Positions 26,550 to 37,585 of a stretch of DNA of 64,000 nt are shown one piece after another. Made by a program: the position numbers and the translations under genes. Origin of the DNA: Raillietiella orientalis (taxonomy: Eukaryota); the NCBI GenBank assembly GCA_036172245.1, contig JAYWIR010000002.1:3038001-3102000 (forward strand), given 5' to 3'. The notes beneath the pieces were generated by a model. That model saw only the letters and a program-made list of their open reading frames with translations, was not told the origin of the DNA and ran no database searches. How positions within the stretch are numbered: position 1 is the first letter of the stretch; the number at the start of each line of letters is the position of its first letter.

Positions 26550-28400
26550 CCTCCCCTCCAGGCGACCGTTTTTTATCCGCGATCCCTCAACCCGGGACAG
26601 TCCGAATGACCGCCCCGAAGGGTCACTCGAACTCGCGCTCCCATCTTGCCTCAGGGGTGCGGTGTCTGCGGCCTCGCGCCCGTCTCTCCCCCCGCCTGCG
26701 CCTGGGACTGCTCGCCCAACAGGGCGAGACAAAGGCAGTGGGAAGGGCGCCCCTCGCCCCTCCTTTCCCCGGCTGGAATCCAAGAAGTCCTCCGGGTTGT
26801 GCCTCGCCGATCCTCCCCCCCACCCCACCCCCTCCTTCCCGGGATTCCTGTCGCTCGGAGAGCGCGCGTCGGCGCGACCGAGGAGGAGGGAAGACTTCCC
26901 GGAGCCACCAGGGGAGCAGTGCCCCTGGGCCACCCGCAGGAGCTCCAGCGATTCTGCCTTCACCTCCCAGGCAGCGCTGGCGCAGGTGCCCTTCGAAAGC
27001 GAGAGGAGGGGCGAGTCGAGGTCGCGAGCCGCCACCTTGTCCCGGAGGACGGATCGGAGGAGGCCCTCCAGATGAGAGGAACCAGCCCGGTCGGGTCGCG
27101 ACCGGGGTATCCCTCGCCTCTGCAAGGTCGGAGGTCAGATGCGCGCTCCAGCTGACCTTCCAGGAGATCTTAAGAGCCATTCTTCCCGAAAGCGGCTTCA
27201 TGCGGCAGGAGGATCCGGGGTCCTCGGAACGCCGGAGGTCCGCGTAGGCCAGTCGAAGGCGCCCGTACGGGAAGGCGCCCGTCAAGGGTCTTGCGGGCTG
27301 GAGGGGGTCGCAGACCTCTCCCTGCAAGGCGGGCGGAGGTCGCGAGCCACGCTGGCGATGGCTGCTCGGGGAGGAGTGGAAGAAGGAACAGTCCCTCCCT
27401 TCTGACAGGTGGTCCGCCAAAGGGCCGGACAGATCCGCCAGGATCCTCCTCCTTTCCGAGGTGGAGACCTTTCCTCCCCTTCCCTTGGTCTCGTCTCCAC
27501 CTTCCGGAAAAATGGGGGGGAAGGTCGGGGACCTCAGCCGCCGGCTCTTCTCCACGGGTGTCCCTCGCCCGCTCCCGTTCCGGAGAGCCCGGGAAGTCGC
27601 TGCGGACAGTCTACGAGCCGCGAGCCGTCGCTGCGTCATGCAGGCGCGTAGACGCGTACTTGCCAGGGAGCGATCCCGAAGGGAGCCGCCGAATTCCCCC
27701 CTCCACCCTCCCCAACTGCTCGACCCCCTGCGGGAAGAATGAAGCCTCCGGAGAATGATCGCCTCTAGCGACGTGCATGCGGCTTGGCGGTCGGAAGGAC
27801 TGGCACCGCGAAGCGTCTCCAAGGCGCTCTAGAGCGTGGGCGTGGTCTCAAGAGGTGGGCAGGATCTTTCTTTCCCCCCTTTCCTTCCCCCCCCCCCCGT
27901 CAGGGACCAAGCAGCGAGTCGCCGGCATGACCTACAGGGCCCCCGCGGACCCGCCGCTTCTCGAGGAAAGAGGGGAGGCGAAGGGAAGCCATTCCTCCGC
28001 AGCCGTCGGTTGCGAGGCAACGCGCCAATCTCCGTCTCCCACCCCAGAGGGTACCCCCGGAGGCCGAAGGGAGAGCTTTCCGACGGCGTTCCTCATGATT
28101 ATCCTGTGCGAAAGGGGAAGACCCGGGAGGCGACCCGGAGGAGGCGGAACTCTCGGCAGGAGTGACCTCTCATCGTCGTCACCTTTCGCCCTCTCCGGCG
28201 CTCGCCAATCTCCGAGCAGAGGAGGGCGGGAGGGGGAGGGGGACGTTGCCATCGGCAGAAAGGACTGCCAGCGAAGGCGCTGGTTGGCCCAGCCGAGGAG
28301 CAGCTGCGGTGCGTAATTCCCAGGGGAGCGCCTGCTGAGGGGTTCGCTCCTCCGGGAAAGACGCCTGCGAAGGGGGGTCGGTTCCCCTCACGCCCTCCTG
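26550..28400 (+). mobile_element. Highly decayed LINE ORF2 / reverse transcriptase remnant
   Basis: Ordered degenerate motifs across frameshifts: DRFLS (about 26565), KPFLRSRRLRGNAPIS (RQGxPLS-like, about 27990-28035), gcgttcctc-atgat (AFxDD with a 1-nt deletion, about 28086), ALSGARQS (SGxxxN-like, about 28190). 27930-28025 is homologous to the reverse complement of about 29900-29985. Confidence 0.4.
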
Positions 28401-29011
28401 AAAGGTCAGCTGGCGCGAGCTGCGGCCCTTGAGTCCTTAGCGGGACAGCAGGGGATGCCCGTCGCTTTGGGGCGAGCGAGAGCTTCTCGGGAGCCGTGCC
28501 AGGTCAGAGCCGGCTCCTCTCGTCCAATTTACCCTTCGGAGAGGGGAAGGTCTCGCGACCGCGACCCTCCTCCTCCCTGGATTTCTACAGGCCCGTGCTT
28601 CCCCTCCCCCCCGCGAAGGGGACGAATCGGTCGAAAGGCCCCTTCGCCGCCTCCGGATGATCCAGGGGTGGATACTGCTCGCGTTTCCTGACCGTTGACC
28701 TCCGTGCATCCTCCGGAGGAGGTGGGAGGACCCTCCCCACCGGCGCTGCCCACCTCCTTCCGCACACGGGATATAATCCCTCAGGAAAACGGGATCGCTC
28801 CAGAACCCCCCCTGCTCCCCGTCGTCGCGGAGGCTGAGCGTCCGGAACCGCCTGCCTGAGGTTGCCAGTGGCAACGGCAACTCCACTCCGGGTCTCGGCG
28901 GACGAAGTTGGAGTCGGACGGGCGGATTCTGCGAGGGTGGCAACCGCCTGGCAGCAGCGTTTTCCTCCTTGGCTCCCCGGGATTCGACGACGCGGACGAC
29001 GGCACCGCGCG

Positions 29012-29226
29012 CGGCCAAAGGGGGACCGAAGGGGGGTGGGGTGAAGGCCCTCCCGCCTTCCCGTTGCCGCAACAACGTTCGGTCCGGAGGGAACCACCTC
29101 ACTGGTCTTCCCGACCAGCGAGGCGGCTCTCCCGCTGGTGGTGGAGACGCTGGAGTCGTCGAAGCTGGTGGAGGGAACCTCCTCTTTTTTCACATCCTTC
29201 CCCTCCTCCCCTCCTCGACCCTACTT
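29012..29226 (+). repeat. 215-bp segment, inverted near-identical copy of 32325-32548
   Basis: The reverse complement matches 32325-32548 with 4 substitutions and one 9-nt indel (manual alignment). Confidence 0.95.
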
Positions 29227-29369
29227 GGCCCCCCTCCAGCTTTCCTATTACCTCACTTCACTCCTCACCTCCCTCACTCCTACCTCCGCGGCAGCTCTTC
29301 CTCTGCCCTTCCGGAGCACCGCTCCAACAAGTGGCGTCCTCGCGAACGCCAGCGGTCGCCTAGCGATGA

Positions 29370-30880
29370 ATCACGCGGAGCAGTCAGAGATAATCAAGCC
29401 GGATCCCGCAGGCACAATGCCAGGGAAGATTCGTTGCGACGCTGAAGCATCCAACGATGCATGCAAAGTATCCAAGGGCATCAGGAGAGCAGTAAGCGGC
29501 CGTTGGAAAAAAAAACCGTGACATCCCTTGTCTCCAAGGTGACGACGGGCATCCGCATATGATCGATAACCGCAATCATCTTCCGGTTTTGCAGCAGAGG
29601 CACTGTCATGAATTGGCGGCAGCCATCGGAAGACGGCGGGCTCTCCAGGATGGAGCTGCTGCGGCTGCTGCTGCCGCCTAGGTGATTTGAATGCCTCGTG
29701 CAACCTCTTCCCACCCTCCTCCTCCTCCCTCCTCTCTCTCTCTCGAAAGGGAGAGGGCGCCCGTCGCGACTCCCGCTCGCTCCTTCCTGCTCGCGTGAAG
29801 GGCGGCGCGGGCTCAGGAAGAACGAGGGCTCTGCAAAGCCGTGGGAGGGAAGATGGGTAGGAGGGTGCTCGCGGGGGGGGCAGACGGCGAGGATGGGCAG
29901 CCACATTGCCTCGCAAGCGACGGTTGCGGAGGAACGGCCTCCCTCCTCTGCCCCCGGGAGCGGACCCGCGGAGATCCTGTCCTCCTCCGGAGCGAAGAAG
30001 ACCCTCCATGGTTGTAGCCCTCGCTCGCCGCGCACCCGAGAGGATGCCAGCCGGTCCTCGGTCCGAGCCCGACCGGCAGCTCCCTCGCCCCTCGTCCCGC
30101 TCCAGCAAGCTAAGCGTTCCCCGCGGCGGGGGTACCGGAAGGAGTGGCCTCCTTCCTCTCCCCCCCGTCTCCCGGAGGGCACACCGAGGAGCTGCCAGCC
30201 TCCTCGCAGAGCTGTTCCGGGTTCCCCGCCGCAGCAGCGTCTCTCTCCGGTCACTGTTCCCTCCTCTGCGGGGCGCGAACAGATGACCCCTGGCTTCCCG
30301 CGACCTCCCAGAGAGCAGCGGCCGCATCCCTCGGGCCCGCGCCGTAGGCCCGGCGGATGAGGCGTTGACCTCAGTGTCTCCTCCCGCTGGCGCGCGCGAG
30401 TAGTCATCGTCTCTCCAGCAGCAACCCTGCCCTCGGAGGGCGCTGCCGCCCTGGGTCATTCGGTCCCCACGGCCCACTCACTTCTCTGGCAGCAGCCTCC
30501 CCGTCCTAGCGTCTCCGACTCTCCCCAAGGCGTCGGAAGGAGAGATGGTCTAAAGGACCCTTGACCGGACCCCTTCCACGAAGACCTCGCCGGCTGACCG
30601 CGAGGGGCATCTGGAGGCTTCGGCGTTCCTCCGCGCGTGGGGTCGCCGCTCCCCACTTGCTGTGGCGTTTCTTCGCGCAGGGCGGACTCGTTGCTTGCGC
30701 CGAGATCGCATCCGCGCCACCATCAAAGCGGCCTCCATGAGCTGGGGAGCCTCGGCCTCCCTCATGCTAGCCGTTTCGACGAGGGCGTGGCTGCGAGGTG
30801 CCCTCACCTGCAATAAGTCCCCAGGGAGATCGCCAGCTCTAGGAAGGAGAGAGTGGATTGATCCAAAGATCTCTGTCCCC
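29370..30880 (-). mobile_element. Highly decayed LINE reverse transcriptase remnant (opposite orientation)
   Basis: Minus-strand order: ARMRSR...GE (linker-like), PFLRNR../ARQ.GCPSSP (RQGCPLSP-like, about 29935-29885), YAD/DVTVFF (29559-29510, split), GSGLII. Confidence 0.4.
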
Positions 30881-32159
30881 ACCATCCCTTTTTTTCTTTA
30901 AAAAAAAAAAATTGTTGATAGTCTCCTCCCTGCCTTCCTCAAAAATTGATCTTCGAGCCGGTGGTCATTCCCGTTGAACTTCTTTGTTGCTGTTGTTCTT
31001 GCTGTCCGGGAACTCGGTTCCCGACGACTTGCTTGTTCATTCATTTGTCAACAAACATCCCGGAGTCCCTGGGTTAAAACGCATGGGCGGCTGCGGTCCC
31101 CCACCATTACCTGGCTCGCCAGCAGTCGCGGCGACGATGTGGACGGCGCTCGCCTACGTCGCCTTCTGACGCGACTCCTCGCCCGGCGACGGCCGCCGGC
31201 GCGCTGTCCCGAAAGCACCCGCGCGCGAGAGAGAATGGCTCTTCCAGGTATTTCACCCTGGAGAGCCTGCGAGCTCCGCGGAGGCCGTAGACCTCCTCCC
31301 TGCGCCCCACGAAACTTTCCCGATCTTCCGTCTGATCGCTCGATGGGAAGGAGGGAAGGGGAGGGGAGGAGGGGAGGATTCATCTCGGAGGCGGCGTCGG
31401 CGGCAGCTTGCACGCAAGCACGTGAGTTAATGATCCCTTCGTCCCCTTGGAGACGAGGTTAAGCGAACAGTGGCTCCTTCAGTACACCCCACGGTGCGTC
31501 GCCGTCTCCCGGAGAGAGGCAGGGAAGAACGAAAAAGGGGGAGCACGAGGGAACGCGAAGCGAGACCCGCGCGCCTACTTTTCGCGCCGCCTTCCGTGGA
31601 ACAAATTCAATTCCTGCTCCTACTTCCCCCCCCCTCCTTCCCTCCCCGTCGTTATTGATTCAATTCGGTCCTGGCCCGTTTCTCTTCGTCCTCTTCCATT
31701 ATTTATCGGCGTGTTGCTGAGGCAGATCCGCAGCCATCCATTATTTATTTACATGCTTTCCTCCTCCGTCATCTCAGATGTAATTGTCCTCTCCTCAGCT
31801 GATCTCGGATGGGAACCCAGAGCGAAAAGCCTTTTTTTTCATTACCCTTTCTTCCTCTTCCTCTTCTTCCCGGAAACCTACCCTCTTCCTCTCCCTCCTT
31901 GTGCTTCACTCCACGAAGAGACGACTCGCCTCCTTCCCTTCGATCCATCCGTTCGCCCACCCACCCACTTCAACCACAGCTGCTTAATGGATGCACGCGC
32001 GCGCATCCATTAAGGGCCACGAATTGCCCTTATCGTTCAATTCTTGTTTTCACTTGCATCATCACTGTTTGCTTGTCATCTTCGGCGGAGCGGACGAGGA
32101 TCTGCTCCGCTTCCGCCGGGGTAGCACCACTACTGCTGCCTCCTGGGGGGGGGGGGGGA

Positions 32160-32950
32160 AGATAGGGGAGAGAACCCGAACTGCTCCAGGTGCAGCAAGC
32201 GCGAATCCCTCCCGCACCTGCTTGTGGATTGCGTTGCCCTCTCCAGCCTCTATGAGAACGCTTTGCCGCGACCCTAGGAACCCCCGGCGGTTAGCTCCAG
32301 GGACGCTCCTACGCGACACAGCCTAAGTAGGGTCGAGGAGGGGAGGAGGAGAAGGATGTGAAAAAAGAGGAGGTTCCCTCCACCAGCTTCGACGACGCCA
32401 GCGTCTCCACCACCAGCACCACCTGCGGGAGAGCCGCCTCGCTGGTCGGGAAGACCAGTGAGGTGGTTCTCTCCGGACCGAACGTTGTTGCGGCAACGGG
32501 AAGGCGGGAGGGCCTTCACCCCACCCCCCTTCGGTCCCCCTTCGGCCGGCAGCCTCGCTGGCAGCTCTCTGCTACCTACGCTGGATTGTAGCTGCCTGGA
32601 GAGATGCAAGAGGAGGGTACAAGGAGTGGGACGCCATCCACTTCTCCGTCCGCTTTATGAGGATCGCAAAAAGATGGCCTCACCTGAAGGACTGTATGCA
32701 GCAAGAGCTTGCCGGCATCCTCGAAAGAGATCCTCGAAAGGATGCAGAGGACCTCCCCCAGCATGACGTGATCCCTTCCCCCACCCCCCATTTATTTATT
32801 TTTATTTTTGTTTCCTTTTCATCTTGCTTGCCCCCTCTCCTCTGCTGCCGTGACAAACCGCACCGGTCTGAGAACCGGTAACCCAGCAAGCTCTCGTTGA
32901 ATGGATGCGGCTGGACTACCGGTCCAACCACATTTTTTGTATATGTTAAT
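32160..32950 (+). mobile_element. Decayed 3' end of the same L1/Tx1-like LINE family, interrupted by an insertion
   Basis: CSRCSKRESLPHLLVDC (from 32182), then WIVAAWRDARGGYKEWDAIHFSVRFMRIAKRWPH...ELAGILER, which aligns to GIVTAWRYVRDGRHDRDAICFSLRFLRTAARWPH...ELAGILER at about 53575-53720. The 3' UTRs are also alignable. Confidence 0.7.
32325..32549 (-). repeat. Inverted copy of 29012-29226 inserted in a LINE remnant, flanked by CAGCCT direct repeats
   Basis: CAGCCT at 32319-32324 and 32550-32555. Confidence 0.9.
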
Positions 32951-35900
32951 TTTCACATTAAATACACGCACCGCCGTACGAAGGTGACAAACCAGCTTGG
33001 AGCCGTGTTCCCGAGGGAGACGACGGCCAAGAAGCCGCTGGTTTCCGTGGGTCGTCGCACCGAGCGCTTCGGCGCCTCTGGACTGGAACTCTGGGGTGGG
33101 GCTTATCCCTTCGAAGCCGGGAAGCAGCCAAGAAGGCTCTGTAGACCTATCTCTCCAATGCTCCTCTGTGGGAGCCTGGACGTCTGAGAACGACCTGAAC
33201 CTACAAGGGTTTGGAGCTGGGTCTGCGGGATCCAAAAGAACAGCTGTTTGAATCCAAGGTGCTCGTGGGTGACCTTAGAGCTCCTTGAAGTGCCCTGGGG
33301 CGGAAACGCCGGAGCAGGGAGCCGTCCCCGGATTTCAGGAACCGTTCAAGTCTAGGATCGGATACGAGGAGAGCAGCATGAGGGTGGGCGCGTGAGTCCC
33401 ACCCTCTGCGGAGGGTGAGTTGAACCGCGCGGTCACCTTCGATCGCGTACGAGACGCACGACCGTTTGGGCGTCGAGGAACGGGGGACGCGCCCTCCCCC
33501 AGCTTCTCCCTTACATCCCACCCGGCAGCCCGCTCTCCGGGATGAGGATGCCGACCCAACACCCCACCCCACCCCGGCCCACGCAGTCTGCGGGAAGCGC
33601 CGGCTGCGCGGCTCTGCATATTGGTGGCCTCCTTCCTCTTCTCCTCTTCCATCGGCCATCCTGGCGCCAGCGACGCCACCCTTCCCGCGGGAGCACGTCG
33701 ACGCGACCTCCCTCCGACAAAGGCACGACGGCTACGACGACGTCACCAGCAGGGAGGGGTCGCGTGCTCGCGGACAGGGAGTCTCTCTTTCCCTCCCTCC
33801 TCCGTCCCATCCTCTGCCCGGAGAGAAGCAACGCGAGTTCCCCGTTTGCTTTCCGGTGTGACCACGTCTCGGCCCGGCCGCGCGTTGCCGGCTGCGAACT
33901 GCGCGGACCATTTCAGACGAGAGAGGGCGACGGCGGCGGCATAACAACCGGCGTTTCCATTACCGAACCCAAGAATTCCCCCATGCCCGCCCGGTAATAC
34001 AGTTTTTATTATTTCAAACAAAACGGAAGGGATACCCAATAATTTCCTGGAGCATTGATGGGAATTTTTCTACTTTCAATTAACTCCGGAAAATATGACG
34101 CAGAAAAAGATGAATCTCTCAAGGTTTTCCCTTCGGCTTCTTCATCCCGCATTGCTCTCCCGCTCTTTTCTTTTCTTTTCTTTTTTCTGGCCCCACGTGT
34201 TCTTCAGGTCGATTACCGTTCGCATGCTGTTCACGTTCACCATCCTCCTCATCTCCCGTGTTCCCAACAGCTGCTCTTCCCGCTTGCACGAGCTGCTCTT
34301 CGACAAAGGGGGAAATGCCTCCGTGGCTTGGGACTGCTGCTCCGGCGCCGCTGGAGAAAATCAGCTCTCGCGGACGGAGCGCGGGCACCACTGCGACGGA
34401 TTCCTGAACGCTCCCGAGGCGAACCCCGAACAAGGTGGGAACGGCCGGACGAACCGACGTGAACTCAACGTGCAGTGCTGCCCCCGCGCGACGCACCCGT
34501 GCCCTCATCCCCCCCCCCCGCCTTTTCCCACGAGGAAGTGCGGAGGCGCTCCGAAGCTCTCGCGTGGTCCCCAACGGTTCCACCCCCTCCGCGACCCCGG
34601 TCTGCTTCGCCAGGTCCGCTGACGGACCTGCGGCTTACGTCATGGAGAGCACGCACACGCCCTGACGCGGTATCGCGCGCAAGACGCTGACAGTAACCCA
34701 CGCGGTACGGTTCGGACCACCTTCCGATCAGACAGACCGGGACGACAACAACGCGTCACGGCACCCCACCCCCCACACACGCTCCCGTAGTAGGAAACGC
34801 ACACGCCGTCGCAACGGTCGCTAACGGGGTGCATCGGCCGTGAAATCAAAGCAGGCACTTTGCGAAAAGTCTTCGGATTGACATCCGGATAGAGAGGATT
34901 TCTTCGTTCCGAGTCGATCTGTACCGTTGGCTGGTACCGGTGTTTCCTTTCCAAATCATTAAAGGTCATCAAAACCGGCCGATCGACGGCCGATTTTACG
35001 CGAACACACTTTTCCCGCTCTCGGCAACGAAGATCGGGGAACGCGGAGGACTTTCGGGAGCTGCTCTCTGCTCGGACTGACCCCGGGAGGGCTTTATGCG
35101 CGAAAAACATCGAAAACTTTTAGGGATAGAGGGCTTCCCAGATTTGCAGATTCGTCGAATCAACAGGATTCGCTCGTCCCGATTCAAGTCGTTTTGCACC
35201 AAAGCCCCCAGGAAGACGAGATGCGGAAGCAGAGAAGCACGTTCGGCGCGCACAGCTTCCCCAGGAGCAATCCATGCGGTCAGCGAATCACACGCGAAGG
35301 CAATCCTCTCGACACATCCATTTTTCTAGACGCGGAGATGAACGCGTCGCGGGTACACACGCTGCGGCCGGTGGTAGGCTGGAAGCCGGGTTCGGCAAGC
35401 ACGAACCAAGACACGAACCATGAAGATTCGACGAGAAGACGCGGCACGGATGAGGCTGCACTTTCAAACAGGCCACTGGAGGAAACATCCCAATGTCTCG
35501 CAGGAAACGACGGCACTACTCCATTCTTTCGTAACGACGCGAGTGGGACACCCACACAACCTCCAGAGACCGGCAAAATAATGCCCGATGGCGGAGACTG
35601 CACGCGGAATGGATAAATTACGAAGCCCGTCCACGGTCCTGCATTACTACATTCATCAAGACAGCCACGCGGAGAATGCGTCCCGAACGAAAGCAATCAC
35701 CTGCAAGCAGGATAAGCGTCCTAGAGAAAATAAGGCGAAGAAATTAGCTAATGCTAATGCAGACGCGGAAGTCCCGTTCCTCGGGTGATGTTCCTCAGAT
35801 GAGGACATTCAAAGTAAAAACAAACGAAAAAACCGCTGATATTTCCCTGACTCTCGATTCAGAATCGTCGTCCCCAGAGGCGGATTCTTTCTCTGGTGCT

Positions 35901-37346
35901 GCTTCTGCTCGGCGGCAAGCTCGTGGTCCGCAGCTTTTTCCGTGCGCCCTCGATGTGCTCGGTCTTGTCCGATCTTTGCCGACTGCGGACCCCCCAACCC
36001 TGACCGACAAAAAGAGGATGCAAACGAAGGATCGTCGGTCTATTCTTGCAAGTGACGGCGTTTTTTTTTTTTTTTTTTTTTGGGGGGGGAGGGGGGGGGA
36101 TTTCGCAGAACTGAAATGAACTCGGACTTGTTTGGGCGACATTCGCCACGCACGAAAACATGCCTCCTCCAACGCTGTTGGAATTACCAGAAGGGAGAAC
36201 ACTGGGCGAGCACTCCTTCGGTTGCACGCCCAATTCCCCGATGCTGTGCTCACATAACTGCTGCTGCACAGTTACCTCCTTAAAGGGGGAAAGAAAAAGG
36301 AAAATCTCCTACGACTTTCACGGATCCATCCATTTCGGCTTTCAACCTTAGAAAGCCAGGGTTTTATGCCTTTGCTCTATTTCACCGACCATACTGTCTA
36401 CCGATACTGATACGAGAAAGATCATGCTCCAGCAGAGCACGTGATCTATAAGAACAAAGACCCAGCCGGAATCTCCGCTGACTACTTGGCGCCGAACTCT
36501 CTGGAGCCTCTCTCTGTCGACTGACCTCATCCAAGACACGCGTGGGAACAGATCAGCCGAAATCTTTTCCGAATTCTTTCGATCAATTTGGCTGCACGGA
36601 GATGTTCCTGACGTTTTTGCAACAGTGGTGTTTTGTTAAAGTATTGTACTCGACAGCTTTGAGGAATTCCATATAGGAAAACGGCAATTCCGTGACTCCG
36701 CAAACGGAACCAACGCGCTCCTTAACCCGGGACCCCACTTTCCGGTCACAGCAAAAGACAAAAACGAATGGTACGCCACTGATCGCAGTGACAAGAATAA
36801 AAGCGACCAATTCATCTAGCACGGTCGCTAAAATCAAAAGATCAAAAATAAAACATTCTCGGCTTGACGTTTCCCATCAGAAACGTTTTGATGTTTCCGT
36901 ACCAATTTTAAATCTGTCCGGAAGTAAAAACTGTCTGGTCCCTCGTTTTCCTTAGAGATCAAAAACAAGATTGTGGAAATTTACTGAGCACATCTGGGCA
37001 AAATGATCTAATCTAGAGGAGGTTGATAGCAGATCATACACGCATCAATAACTTCAGGGCTGGCTCAATAAAAACCATGAATAAAACAGATAATTACGGA
37101 AGGTATAGAACATCTCCGAAAATAACTGAAACGAATCCACATTCACGTCTTTGCGAACGCAAGGAGCTTACAACTGTTTTGTATCTTTTTATCTTTGCTT
37201 ATCAAACAGGAAAAAGATGACTTCAGAAAGATGAGACACATTAGATGCAGGACATGTAAAAAAGTCACATGCTTGGTAAACGAGCTAAAAAAGGAAAAAG
37301 CTCACGAGCTGTGAATGCTCACGGAGATCAAAAGAAAAAAATCATG

Positions 37347-37352
37347 TTTAAT
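37347..37352 (-). terminator. Candidate IFT88 polyadenylation signal (ATTAAA)
   Basis: About 235 nt past the stop codon and followed by a T-rich tract on the minus strand; CpG dinucleotides become frequent again beyond it. Confidence 0.3.
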
Positions 37353-37585
37353 TAATCCACATTGTCCCAACATTGTCACAACTTTCTGTTTTGTTGCAAA
37401 AAAAAAAAAAAAACAAGATACTTATAACCCAGTAAATCTACATTTCACAGCAAACCCAAATTCCAATACAACAGGCAACTCGAAACTGTGAATACATCGA
37501 ATCTTTACAAAGGTTCTGAATTCCAAGGAAATCTCTTAGGTTATACACTTCACTTACAAAGCACTTGGACATGACCTTAACTGAG

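Noticed and set aside
22890..27822. Long ORFs of 340-400 aa on both strands (22890-24089, 25391-26527, 25941-27125, 26044-27075, 26623-27822)
   Set aside because: Mutually overlapping, Pro/Arg/Gly/Ser-rich, no domain; expected from stop-codon scarcity in high-GC DNA.
33000..33500. Minus-strand LINE linker / RT-start remnant (RTRSKV, PGFEGISPTPEF)
   Set aside because: Plausible but too degenerate to list as a feature.
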